Assembly (NCBI RefSeq): GCF_018977255.1 | Contig: NW_024704743.1 | Span: 44,580,001-44,644,000, forward strand | Length of the DNA stretch: 64,000 nucleotides | Direction: 5' to 3' | DNA from: Callorhinchus milii | Lineage: Eukaryota | Shown here: positions 38,896-52,600 of the stretch, piece by piece | How positions within the stretch are numbered: position 1 is the stretch's first letter | How the letters are laid out: each line of letters begins with the position of its first letter | Notes under the pieces: model-generated | Seen by the model: only the letters and a program-made list of their open reading frames with translations | Databases searched by the model: none | What the model was told of the DNA's origin: nothing | Translations under genes and position numbers: made by a program

Positions 38896-40496
38896 GGTCT
38901 GGGCTCCATAGACTGGTGTACGGTTCCACAGGCACTGGTTGTCCACTGGTACTCTGTCCAAGTGATCATTGTTCACGTTTGAGCTGTGGCTGTGATTTCG
39001 GCAAGACATTCAACTACAGAGGGCATTCATTGCAACCGAGTCTAACCTCTCCTCGTCTGGCTGCTCTACACACACATACAAGTAGCGGGTGCTGTAGAGG
39101 GACCAGAAGCAGGAACTCTGCCTGTTTTCTTCTCCCTATTGCTGGGAAGGCTGGGGCCAATTTAGCCTCCCAATACAGCCCTGGCAGAGACCAGCAAACT
39201 GAACACGGACTGGGATTCGAACCAGCGAACTCCCAGCTGTAGTAAACTATCATTCAACTTACTACACCACTGACTTGCCGCTGGACATAATTTCAAGAAA
39301 GTCGTGGATTGAAGTGACCAATTTTTCTCAATTAAATTATTTCTGGAGTAAAAATAATTCGCCACTCGACTAACAACTGGGTTCCTTCTTACTGTTTGGT
39401 AAACAGAGGAGTAAGGAAACTTACCCAACATTTCATCTTGCCAGGAATTGAACCCAGGTCTCTGAGCTACAGGATTCCACAGTGGAATCCTGCCTTTAGA
39501 GAAAGCTAAACACACTTGCAGGCTAAAGGAAAGTGTTATGACAATTGTCACTCTTGAAAGATCATTACTCTCTGGTGAACACACACATTCTCGCATGCTC
39601 TTCCCCTTCCCTCCTCCCCATCCCCACTTCCATTATTTTTCCCCACTGTTAGGCATGCACTTCCAGCCTGTGAGGGAAAGTAAAGCTCAACTTCTTCTTC
39701 AACATAATTTCCTTAAGATTGTACTTCCTGTTTTGTAAAGTCACGATTAAGAATCTCCGAACCAAACTACTGAGAGATACACATATACGTGGCTTCTATT
39801 TGTCTTGTTAGGTGGGCTCACACTCTCCCCAGAGAATCGTACCCTAATGCAAGTGCCACGGTCTGGAAAGCTTCCCGCTGCTTGTCCAGCTAGGACTATC
39901 CTACCTGTTAGAGATATGCCCAAATCATCCAGTGTGGATGGACCAGTAATCTCTGCTAGTGCTCATGAGCCTCATTTACCATTGTTGGTTTAGCATTTGT
40001 CATGCAAACTCTACCATCTATTCTAAGACTTTTGATGGCTAAGGATATGGTTTGAAAGCCACCCGAAAGGTAGTTTTTTCCAGCGATCTCTTTGTTCAGT
40101 GACTTCTCTCCCTGTGATTATGGGAGCTATGTCAGCAGGAGGATTCATGGGTCAAGGACAGATTCTGTTGATTATGTGTATGGGAGATTTTTACAAATTG
40201 AACTTTGAGATTGAAGCTGCTTTGCACTGTGCTGATTTGGAGTGCAGAGGTCAACGGCTGCACTGCCTTAGCATTGATCAAAGATTTCATCACTTCAGTA
40301 TTATTTCCTCATGTTAGGCAGCAATAGGCTGCACTGAGGTCGAAGGAAGTTGTTTAAATAAATGATTCTGACACTTTTCCTTAATGTTTTGAATTTACAC
40401 CACTTATCTGGATTGTTTCGGAGTGTGGGTCTAATTGTAACCTTTCTGATCTGAGATGAACTATCTCATCTTTTTCTGATATTTTACTGAAGATAC

Positions 40497-40795
40497 ACAA
40501 CAACAACAACAAGTTCCATTTATAGAGTGCCTTTCACGTCGGGAGGACGTCCCAAGGCGCTGTACAGTTGGGTCAGGACCCGAGAGGGGGGAAGTGATCA
40601 GGGTGAGGGAAGGGAAGGGAGGGAGCGAGGAGGGGGTAGAGAGTCGAGAGGGGAGCTGAAGGCGCGGTCAGAGAGAAAGGTCTTGAGACCGGCCTTGAAG
40701 GAGGAAAGGGAGGAGGCGGCGAAGGCACTGGGGGATAGAGTTCCAGAGCCTGGGGGCTGAGAGGCTGAAGGCCCCCGGCCACCGATGGTAGAGGA
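40497..40795 (-). mobile_element. L2 LINE 3' fragment
   Basis: (CAA)n tail followed by L2 3' body; SSFKAGLKTFLSDRAF remnant. Confidence 0.85.
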
Positions 40796-41569
40796 AGTAA
40801 AATTGGAGAACTCTGCATTGTCAGAGCTTATTAGTGCATATCCAGCAACAAGGATTAAACCTCTGTTGCCTCCATTTCCCGGTACACAAATAATACTTAT
40901 ATATAATAATAATCCTTGCATTTGATTAGCACCTTATCACGTCGTTGAGATGTCTCAAAAAGTGCTTCACAAAATACACTACAAAGTGAATTGACTGTAT
41001 ACTTTGTGAGTGAAATGCAGCAGCCAATTGCTCCTTGCATTTGCTATAGCACTTTTCACGTCAGGAGGATATCTCAAAGTGCGTCACAGAATATATTGGA
41101 AAGTGGAAAGACTGTGTTTTGTAAGCAAATGCTAACAATGCTTTGGTGTCCAATGTATTGCATTATTAGAATATGGCTTTATCTGTATTTGTGCAATCCT
41201 GGAAGAAGAATGAAGAAATACTGACATTTGCTAAGGTTTCACTTCAAAGTTGAATTTCTCACTGCCTAAACATTGCAAACTGTGAAAAGAGTCTTAAAAG
41301 CACAAATGTAAAAACACTATTGAATAGTCAAACTAACATAACATCTGAAATCTATTGGATTTTTTAATATGCTTTACATAACATGCTTCACTCCATGCTT
41401 CATGAACTCCACTCATAACATGCTTCACTCCCAAATTATTCTGAGATGCTATTCGCTTGGCGCTATATAAATGTAAGTTGTTGTTGTTCATGATTAGGCA
41501 TGTAATGGTGTGCATGGCCTCGTCAACTTTTATTTAAATTCAGATTTTTATGGCTTTTTTCAGCACCTG

Positions 41570-41975
41570 CCTGCATTGCCTAACAGTATGTTGCACTCTT
41601 GCTTCTGAGTCAAAAGATTGTGGGTTCAACCCTGACATCAGGACTGCTGTCATAGTCTTGGCTGACACTCCAATACAATGCTGGGGAAACACTGAATTGT
41701 TGGAGGTGCCATTCTTTTGATGAGCTGTTAACCTGAGATCCTGTCTACTCGTTCAGGTAAGCATTAAAGTTCTCATGGCACGATTTGATAAGAGAATGGG
41801 GTTTCATGACTCAATCCGTGACTGTTTGTGGGACACTGCTGTGCGCAATTGGCTGCTGCGTTTCGCCCACAAATTATACAGTCAACTCACTTTACATTAT
41901 ACTCTGTGAAGCGCTTTGAGACGTCTTGAAGACGTGAAAAGATACTCTATCAAATGCAGGGATTATTATTATTAT
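41570..41975 (+). mobile_element. Old Deu SINE 5' part joined to a younger SINE 3' part
   Basis: Deu core at about 41700-41790, then catgactcaatccgtgactgtttgtgggacactg...aaatgcagggattattatt. Confidence 0.75.
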
Positions 41976-44734
41976 AATGACTAAGTATTTGTTGGAAAAT
42001 TTGGCAGGAATTTTGCACACAGCAATGCCCTACGAACAGCTATAAAGTGAGTGACCAACTTCATTTGGCTGATTGTTGGCCAGATTTAGATGGCCTGATA
42101 AAGCTCTACATCAAATGTATTTATTATTGTATTGTAATTATTATTATGTGACAGGATTTCTTTTACATTGTACCGAATTTCATACATCTCATTTCAACTA
42201 CATTACACTAAAATTTCACTCTGAAATTTAAAGCACTTGCTTGAAAAATATGCAATGAAAGTTTAAAAGTGAGATTTACACTGAAAGTCCTTTCCTTCCC
42301 CCAACTCATCACAAACATTCTTTTCTCCATCAAGAGTCACCACTTCTAATGAAACTCTCTTTGGTGGCGTTATACTTTTATTACACTTACTGGAAAGCAA
42401 TTTTGCATATACTCAGGCCTTTTCCTCAGTCTCTACTCCAGGACATATATTTTATTACTGGCGGGGAGGTGCTGCAGATTGCTGGCCAATTTTATTGCTG
42501 GAGAACAGTGTCTCCATTTAGAGAGAGGGAAACTCTCATTCAGGCCACAAGTCACTCTCGTATTACCAGAACACACCTTCACAGAACCGTTTGCAGTTTT
42601 ACTACTCATGCAGCTTGTTAGGACAAGCACAGCTTGCTAAGAATGCCAAGAATTCTTGGCCAAAGATTTGTTCTTGGCAGGAAAACCCAATTCATTTCAC
42701 ACTGATATTGCAGCAAAATTGCAGAACTGCTTCACTGTTCCAGAACTCCTCCACAGTATGCCGAAGCTAACAGTGACTAACAGGGATCTGGCCTGTATTC
42801 ACCATGAGAGTGTGATCCGCAGCACCTACAGTGACATGAATGCGCAGAGATTTCAAACGACACAACAGTCAACTTGACCTTCTGACCAGGACCATGGACC
42901 TTTCTTGCTATGTGCTGGAGGTCCATGGTAACCCTTGTGCGGAGTTTGTAGGTTAGGTGAGCGAAATCCAAATAATAAGGGTACTTATAAGTGTTTCAAC
43001 ATGATTAACCCAACCTGCATTTTGTAACCCTCTTTTCCATTTAATAATTGGTCATAACATTTATTTTATATTATTGAGACAATTTGATGTTAAGAGGGGA
43101 AAAGATTTGCATGACCTTCCTCACACGAGAACTGACTAGTCATTAAATTGTTTATCTATCACTTTGTAGTCATTTGTGGGACACTGTGGTCAAACTGGCT
43201 ACTGTGTTCCCTCACAAACTAGACAATCACGCCACTTTAGAGTATATCCTGTGAAGCACTTGAAGATGTCCTCCTGATGTGAGAGGCACGATATAAAATG
43301 TAAGGATTATTATTATTACTTCTTTAGAAAGGGGAAAAGAAGGAGAAGTTTTAGAAATTAAAGCCAGTATATCATTATCATGGATCCAGTTTCAATTCAT
43401 AGCACCGTGATAGATTGGCAGTGTAAACATTTGCTAATATTAGAATTGAGGTCGTGAGGCTCTTTGCAATCCAATGGTTATATATAGCTGTTTGCATTGA
43501 ATTGCTTAACCTAGCTGGGAAAATCATTAAATGAATGTTGTAGCTAACCAAAAGATAACAGATCAGGTGAAGATTTGAAGTTCAGCAGGGATTTCTGTTT
43601 CCATGTGTTGATCAATTGAGTTAACTTTCAACTCAAACATTATTTGAGTCAAACATTAGGAATCATTTTATTTTACTGTAATATGCACCTAATTTACAAT
43701 CCTAATTCACCATATGAACATTTTCAGTTGTCCTTTCCTCTTTAATAAAACAAACTTGGATTTGATAGTCCCTTTCAGGTCGGAAAGAGGTCTGAAGGCG
43801 CTTCAAAAGATTTACTGTAAAATGACTGTGTATTTTATAGGGTGAACACGGAAGCCAATTTGGGCACAACAATGTCCCATAAATAGAATGACCAATTTTA
43901 TCTGGAAATAAAATAATCTGGCGATTGTTGGCAGATAAAATAATGGTGTTATTTGTTATTTTTAAACCTGAAATAATTGTGTTTTCTTACACTAAAAACA
44001 CTTTATGAAAGGTGCAATTTTCAGCCCACTGAAAATCTGGAATTTAATGACCTCCATGGTTACATTTTGTGAAAACTTTAATGCAGTTTTATGTGTTAAA
44101 CCAACAGGAGAGCTCCCAAATAACTCTACTTATTGAAATTTTCCACAACCTGACAAAATCCCAATAATGCTAAAAGTTCTGACATTGCGTTCGTTCCTTG
44201 TTATGGATTGGGATTTCATAGTGTTGATATAATGGCCGAGAAATAGTATCAGAACATACAGTACAAAAACATTTCAAATTCGCTATTGCAGTGAGTCTCA
44301 ACAGAATAAAAAAGTAGCACCAGACCCCATGACCTGACCCATCCTCATGACACTTTAAGATTAACTGGCAAAAGAACCAGAGGGAGATGAGGAGAATGGC
44401 CTCATTTTGTGCTGTAAGATTCTATGAACCTCTCTTATGGGCATCCTAGAGGCTGATTATAGAGAAAGTTTTAATGCATCACATTACCGGTTTCTGTGTG
44501 CGCGACGTAGGGGAGGATTTCAAAAAGAAAAATGAGGTACAGCATCCATGAAAATTTATAACCTTGTAAGAACAATTTGTTTCTGTGTCCAAAAGTACTG
44601 TCATCTAATGCTGAAAACACATAGGTATCCTTGGCAGGCTTTGTTTATGTATGCATAATTTTTAATCCTTCCATGACCTCTATGGAATGGAACAGGATTA
44701 TCATAATTTTGTAGCTTTTCTACAAAATAAAAGC

Positions 44735-45230
44735 ACAATCTCTGCGTGTTATCTAGACCTCTGCCGCCTGCATTCTCAACCGCACCAAACTCCACTCCCA
44801 GATTATCCCAGTCCATGCCAGTCTGCATTGGCTGCCTGTCCCAGAGAGGATCGACTTCAAGATCCTCACTCTTCTTCAAATCCCTCCACTCCTCTGCACC
44901 CCCTACCTCTCTGACCTCCTCTCTCTCCTCACAACAGTGACCATTGTCTTCGTTCCACCGGGTTTGGCCTCTTCCTTGTCCCCTGAATCCGCCGTTCCAC
45001 CATCGGCGGCCGTGCCTTCAGCCACTATGCCCTGAGGCTCTGGAACTCCCTTCACCTCGCGCCCTCTCTTCCCTTTTCAGGTCTCGGCTGAAGACCTTTC
45101 TTTTCGACCGCGCCTTTGGTCACCTTTTCACCCCCTCCCCCTGGCGTGGCCCCGGGATCCGTTACTGTGAAGCACTTTGAGACGCCGTCCGGCGTGGAGG
45201 GCGCTATATAAATCCAAGTTGTTGTTGCTG
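44735..45230 (+). mobile_element. L2 LINE 3' fragment
   Basis: ctgcattggctgcctgtc...ttcaagatcctc...ggcggccgtgccttcagccac...ggcgctatataaatccaagttgttgttg. Confidence 0.85.
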
Positions 45231-46840
45231 CTTTCCCCCGAAGGACATTGTGCATAAGTTTGTAGATGAAATGGACAGCTTCCAATTTCTTTTAATTGAA
45301 AAATGTAGAATCACATACAATCTTGAGTTTAGAAATGAATGCAAAACCATTAAACTAACTGAAACAATCTTTACACCATACCAAGACATGTAAGTTTGGA
45401 TCATCATGTGTTAAACAATTAATCTAGTTGAAGATTGTTAGTTAAAGTTTAGAAGTATGTAAAAAGTAAAAACTGCAGTAAAAGATTCCGAATTTACTTG
45501 GTTGAGTATCCAATTTAGAAATTTTTGTTTGAACTATACTGCAGTACTGAAATGTAAATTGGCAGAGGAAAACGCTCAGAGAATTAGCTCAGTATTTAGA
45601 TTTGCTGAATAGATCAATATTAGACGCCCATTCAAATAGCCAGAGTTTGGATCCCAGTCTGGCCAACCTTGAAACTTGGCATCATCCATAAAGGAGGCAT
45701 GTTTGCTCTTGCTCAAACTATTGCACAATATGAGGGTCGTTCAAGATTTAATCTCAGACCGAGGAAAAATCTGCACAACATCCATTGTATTCCACAACTG
45801 ACATCAAGTGGGGCTGGGAGTAGCAGGTAGTCGTCTAGAGCCCAAAGACAAAAAAAGTCAGAAGAAAAAAAGATGAAGATTAGGGGTAGAATTACAAAAG
45901 GAATCTGATCAGGAACAGATTCAGGAATTGAATTTCTTTCAGGAATACTGTAGCCAGCCATAAAGGAATTAAAATTCAGTCATATTTTTACCAAATTCAA
46001 CCATTGAACTTGACAGATATCAAAAAATTCTACATTAGCACACACTTAAGAAAGCTAGCCAGCGCAAGCTTTAGACCCTAAAGAGTGAAGCAACTTTTCT
46101 TCTATCACATATCATTAACAATACAGCATTCATGTTATTGAGGCCATAGAATACAAGACAGGTCAACAAGCCAATAGTCTTCTTCTGTCCCCATGGATCA
46201 TATCACAGCCCAATCAACAAATATTCTCCGAAATAAAGTTCTTCAAATGACATCAATTCTCTATGTAAAAATGATGGAAAATGTTTTGCACAATCCATAT
46301 GAGGTAGATAAACTAGTTCTGCTTCAAATTCAGATGAGGGAATATTTTCAATTATTGTTACTGTAAATCACAGTGCTTTGGACTAAGAGCAATGCTTAAA
46401 AGTACTCCACCCTTGAAGGCAGATGTCTGCCATATAGCTGATGAGGAAACTCTGAGGCCTCGAGCGACAGCTGCTTTAAGCCTTTCCTGGAGTCTGAGTT
46501 CGTGAACATGTGTTTGTACATCCAGCGCCTGGAATCCACTTTGACTGCCCTGCAGAGAGGCAAGCAGCTGCTATGCACCTCCAATTGGTGGAACCAACAC
46601 TCAATGGGAAGAGACATGTGTCTGAGCTGTGGGCGAGAAGATGGTTGCAACGCTGATGTATTTCATTTTCAGCAGTGTTGCCCACCGGGAAGCTAGCAGG
46701 CGATTTCCTAGTACTGCTCTCCACTTAGTGAGGGCTAAACCCCACACTTGTTGGATGTCAAATGAACTATCCTCCTTGGGCTGGTGGGGAGGGTGGAGAA
46801 CAGGTGTCCGGGGTCACTTTGGAGCTGAACTGGCTCATCA

Positions 46841-47160
46841 GTGGAGTCCTGTAACCTGGTGGTTAGAGCACTCGCCTCGTAAGTGAGAGATCTGGGTTCG
46901 ATTCCCGGCAGGGTAAAACGTTGGGCAAGTTTCCTCACTCCACACGCCTCTAATTCCTCCAAAAAGAATAAATTGGTCACTTCAATCCACAACTATTTGT
47001 GGGACACTGCTGTGTGCAGTTGGCTGCCAAGTTTCACCCACAAAATATACAGTGAATTAATTTTACAGTATATTCTGTGAAGCGTCTTGAGACGTCTCAA
47101 AGATGTGATAAGGCCCTATATCAAATGCTAGGATTCTTATTTTTATTACTATTATTATTA
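46841..47160 (+). mobile_element. SINE, full length, moderately diverged
   Basis: gtggagtcctgtaacctggtggttagagcactcgc...ggttcgattccc, followed by the SINE body and tail. Confidence 0.87.
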
Positions 47161-49419
47161 ACAGTCTGGCCCAGCTGGACAGGCAACAAGAAATTTTGCT
47201 AGACTGTGATATCAATGGCAAGCTATGTGGTCTTAGCTGGTTAGACTCCAGCAGTACCCCAACACACACCCTGGGGTCTCCAAGCCTTGGCTCTTACCAA
47301 CCTGCACCTAATACTATAAGTAATTAGGTAAGCAGGATGCATCCTTCCAGGAAGAGAATGCACATTCCATTCCAATAAATATCTCTGGCATTTCCATAGA
47401 TAGGTGGGATGCATGGAACTCTCAGTTTGGTTTGGATGCATGTAAGCATAACAATCCCTCGGATAAAAGTGGTCATTGACGTCATGGCTGTTGTTGGGAC
47501 ATTGCTGTGCGCAAATTGGTTGCTACATTTACCGGCAAATACAATGACTACATTTCACAGTAAATCATGTGAAGCACTCAGATATTTTCACTGACATAAT
47601 AAGGTGCTAAATCAAATGCAAGGATTATTAAGTGTTCAAGAGAGAGTCTTGCAGTGTCTATCGATAGTGATATAGACAGTCTACTAAAGCCTTTTTCTGG
47701 TAATAAACAACACACAGGCACTTAATCTCTGTAATTTTACTGAGAGATAATCATTAGTTCTTCTGGGACACCACACATCAGCAGCACAAAACATCTTGGC
47801 CATTTAGGCCCGTCACTGGGAGAAGGAGGAAAGAAAAAGAAACAGGATAAAATAAGTGGTTCAGTTCCAAAATATATAAAAGAGAAATGGATGTACAGGG
47901 CAAATTTAAATCAATAATCCAATTTCAGGGCTCACATGACTAGTTTGTACATTCAATCTTCTCTCTTGGTTTAAAACAACACCTGAAGAATGACCAGATT
48001 ACTATATTATTTGCAAGTATGTGACATTCTTGTATAAAACGGGTTTTACTGTAACTGAGGTACAACAGTTTTTTTTACTTCCTTGTATTGCTTTTTACTT
48101 CCTGACGTACTGTTTATAAGATTACAACTTTTTTCATGCGTAAGATTCTATTCTTGGTTGGTTACAGTGGGTTATTCAGAGAGCTTGAATGCACAGACCA
48201 GTCATGTGAACCCTGAGCTTAGATTATTATTTTAAAGTTGCTCTTATGTATCAATTTTTCTTTTATACAAGGATGCTCGTCAAAGATCATATGCAAACCC
48301 TGTTAGTCCAAAAAGAATAAGAGACTTTAAATACAGAATTTGTAAACAGAATTACTTTTTTTTTCTGGGGCTCAAGCAAAAACATACATATCAACGTACA
48401 TATCTAATTTATCAGTCTGGATTTATGATCACCTCTTTGGTTCTTTCCAACCACTGCAAGACAACCCGCACCAAGACCACAGTATTAACAATAACTTATA
48501 GTTCATAATTTACAGACTCACCTAGGGGCAAATGATCCGTTTCGTTTTTTCATCTACAGAAGTCTGCAGCCTTCAGAGTTATGGATTTTCAGAGACAATC
48601 TGATGATCCTGCTGCTGGGATTTCATGGTCTGGATTTAAAAAATATGGAAAAATGTTCATTTATATCCCCCAGCTCAAATGCTGTGCAACTTCAAAATTA
48701 AAGTTTCCCAAATTATGTTAACTATTGTAACTAGCAAATTTATACCTCACAAATCAATTGAACAAAAAGGTTTCAAATAATATACACATTTATATAGCTT
48801 TCAAAATGATTATTTCTGTAGAGTGGAAATGGTTTTACCTATTGACAGCAGTAGCACTGGACACTTTATTGCAGTTACACTTTTAATACTCAGGGCAAAA
48901 TATCAGTTATTTGCTGATATGCTAATGGATATGTTTAACTATACCCATTTCACTCATTGAGCAAGAGATTTGCAAAATTAGGGTACAATACAAATTTACA
49001 TTTTACATAGCATCTTTCATGTCGTTCCAAGGTACTTACAGTGCTGGCCTAGCATCCTAGCTGGGGGTTGGCAAAATCTATCTATAGCAGTAAAGGGGGC
49101 TCCTCAGAATCGTAACTGTAGAATGCCAATTGAGTGAAGCGATTAAAAGGCATCACAATGGTCAGCTCTGGAGCAGCCTCTGAAAATGATACAGCTCTTC
49201 ATTGTGGGCTGAGCCGAGAAGCTTAAAACTAGTATGTTATCAGCTTAGAGATAGTATCTGAATGCTGCTTTACAGAATTTTATACTCAAAATTTGAAAAT
49301 CCAAAGTAATTGACATTCACATTTGCCTACAATCTCATCTCTTATTTTGATTCAATAATCTTTTTGTGAAGTTCTGATGATTTAAAAAATAAACACAACT
49401 TTGCAAATCTGTAGAAGAA

Positions 49420-49680
49420 ACCACATTTAATTTGACATTAAACTACTTAGGGAGATGCAGTAGATGTTTTTTACTTGGATTTCAAGAAAGTGTCTGATAA
49501 AGTGTCACATATGAAAACTGCGGCCAAAATTAGGGTAGATTGAATAGATAGAAAGGTAGCAAGGAGATGAGAGGAACGGCTGAAGGACAGCTGGCAGAGA
49601 ATGGGAATTATTATTAAAGGATGGTTTTCCAATTGGTGGAGAATAGATAGCAGTTTGCCTCACAGATTGGTGTTAAGACC
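49420..49680 (+). mobile_element. Degraded CR1 reverse transcriptase fragment
   Basis: gtagatgttttttacttggatttcaagaaagtgtctgataaagtgtcacat = VDVFYLDFKKVSDKVSH, resembling the CR1 YLDFxKAFDKVPH motif. Confidence 0.7.
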
Positions 49681-52600
49681 AACACATACACACGCACACT
49701 CCCACCCACACCTACCCACCCCCAAAAAGTATTTTACAGGGAACCATTTAAGGTATAATTTAAAGATTTTTAAAACAAAAATCCTGTATATGCAGGAGTG
49801 TTTTCAGTTGGGTCAAAGCCACGAGACATTCATCCTTATTGCATTTGCTTTGGATTTTGTAATGCCACCCAATATATTAAAAAAAACACAAGAGGCTATG
49901 ATTCCAAATCTGAATATATATTCACAATTTGGGATGAGCACTTACATCATGAAGCAGTTTGCTCTGCTGAGTTAGCTCAGTTTGTTGAAGCAAAATGCAA
50001 TATGTCTTGGAGCCAAAGAGTGACCCAAATCTCAGTGGCTGACATTTAAAAAAAAACTGGTTTAATGAACAAAACCACCCTTTATTTGTGGTTTTAGTAG
50101 CCACTTCAGTTTTCTTTACATCACCAGATAAGATCTGATCTTCTGAGAAAGCCAAAAATGAAGTTAAATGAATTGAATTTCGATACTCATAAAATTCTGA
50201 ACTTTAAATAACAAAAGACTTGCATTTTATGGGAGCATATGAATGCAATGTGAAACAACATTTTTCGTCACGTTATACACCAGACAAATCTTTGTCTGCA
50301 TAGCATTGGACTGTTTTCCTGTTAGCAACTCTAATTTTTCATCTGGTTCATGACAATCTGACCTTCCCACCTATACATCTGTTCTAGTTACTTGAAGTTG
50401 TGATTTGGAGTGTCTGAACTTTGGACTACCAAATATGAAGTCTGAAATTATTCAAACACTCATTGTGTTTGGCAGCAATAGCTTTTATTTTTTCCCATTA
50501 TTTATTCAGAAGTGCAAAATTATTCCATACAAAAAAGTACAAAAGCAATATAGTCCATTATAAGGTAGTGCACTTGGTTTATAAAAAAAAGCTTCCAGCA
50601 TTACTGTGTAAAAGCTTCTGTTCACTGTCAGACAATAGAAACATATAATCTGCGAACAGTGGGAGTCAACACTTTATTGTAATAGATTAATTAAGGAGTC
50701 GGTTTTCCAGGGCTTTCCAGCCTCCTCTAGAATTTTGAGCCTTAAATAAAAAAATTATAGAGTTCTTCATATTTTAGCCTGATGGTTTCTCCATCTCTTA
50801 CACTCTGAATGTTTTGCTCTCTGCACCCACCACCACCGCATTTTGCATTTTTGAGTGGGTGGCACTCTACCTTTATCAACCTTGACTTTTTTGCGCACAT
50901 CACCTTTGCACATTTCACTCCTCGCACAGAAACAAAAGCCCTCTGGATTATAATCTAACTTTTCAAATGTAACAAAGTACTGGGTGCATGAATAGTTATA
51001 TACCAGGCAAGATAAAAGCATTACGCACTTCCGTCCCCAATTAGCAGTTGTCAAAACATGGGTGTGTTGCAGGGGTGAAGGAATAAAACTCTCAGCCTTT
51101 GTCCTCGCATTTGGAATATAAAACTGATAGCACTTTGGCTCTTAGGATACAATCTGAGCTTGAAAACATAGGGATAACCAGATAAATCAAAGCTCCTGTG
51201 TGTGCTCGCTCTCACCTTCAGCTAGTGGCATTTTTTACCGTAACACCTCCTTCTCCATCCATATCTCTTCCCTCTCCCCAAAGCATTGCGGAGCATTAGT
51301 AGAGGCAATGCCTCTCCTCTCGTCCCAGAGTTCTGGTACTAGACAGAGACTCACAAAAAACTACACACCCACCAATTAAATGGCACAGAACAAGAAAAAA
51401 CTTCAATGATAATAATAATCCTTAAATTCGATATAGAACCCTTATCAAGTTGTTTTTTCTGTGTTAACCTGTATATATTTAGGACACCACCACCATCCCC
51501 CTCCCTCCCTACACACACACACTTCACTGCATCTTCTTTGACCAAATGGCACGGGATGGAATGGCCCTAAATACCCTAGTGTGCAATGTTATACCACTTC
51601 TTCTTCCCTACCTTTTCCCTCCACAAAAAGCCATACTCCGCTTGACCAATATTCTACTTGTGGCACAAGCCTCTTAATAAAGGTTTCAGCTGTCACCCAA
51701 CAGTTGAACACATATTTATTTTACGATCATTTATGTACTTGTGAAGAAGATTTAGATAACCCACTTGCAGAACAAATGTGGCAATACACAAATTATTTAA
51801 CAATTTATGTAACCATGAAACCCAAGGGAACAAGTCAGGAAATACTGCATTAACCTGGCAACAAACCATATGGGAACATCTGTGCTAATACTGTATATTG
51901 TGCTGAACAAGACTACAGCTTGGAGTCGCTGATCCTCATTTCTACCAAACTAGCTAGGAAGTATTAAAGCATCTGGTTCTAAAAACTTTAAATATCCAAC
52001 TTACCATTACAGTAAACCTCAGTAGGCGTTTAATGAAGTTCCTGGGACTCAGATAGGGCCCAGCACTGATGGACAGTGAGATGCTTCTTGAAGTGAGCAG
52101 TGCTACTTCTTTTCTTAAATTAATTCTAGTTCATTGGATGCACTGAACAGAAATTATGCAGATCAAAGGTCATTTTTCTGGGATCGGTCATGTTTAAATT
52201 GTATAATTAAATCTTTACACTTTATGGTGATATTTGGGGATTTTTTTTCAAATGAAGTTCAGAATAGTCTCATTTGGGGCATGAGTATTGATCTACATAG
52301 ATGGAGGCAAATTCATCATTTGCTTATTCCAGGTTTCTACTAATTTTTTTTTTTGCCAATTATTCTATCACATCATGACTTGATCTTGGTCTACTCTGTC
52401 AGGACTTTAAACTCATTGATTAGGCTGACACTCTAGTATCATGCTGATGGAGCGCTGCATTGTAAGACATGTTATACTCTGGATGAGGCATTAAACCAAG
52501 GTCTCGTTGTCTGTTTTCTCAGGTGAATACAAAGGACAACAATCCGCAAGGTAAATTGGCTACACGTTTCATGGCTTTTGTTGGGACCATGCTAAGTGCA

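Noticed and set aside
38503..39242. Long ORFs of 124-196 aa
   Set aside because: They overlap an L2 remnant and an old SINE; GC-rich repeat frames with frameshifts relative to L2 ORF2.
44664..44679. DR4 thyroid response element (AGGTCA-tgga-AGGATT, minus strand)
   Set aside because: The second half-site is poor and such matches are expected by chance in 64 kb. No convincing DR4 was seen by eye; a PWM scan would be needed.
51205..51355. Possible non-coding THRB exon (minus-strand donors AAG/GTGAGA near 51215 and GTGAGT near 51354)
   Set aside because: No matching acceptor or promoter could be defined; donor motifs alone are insufficient.
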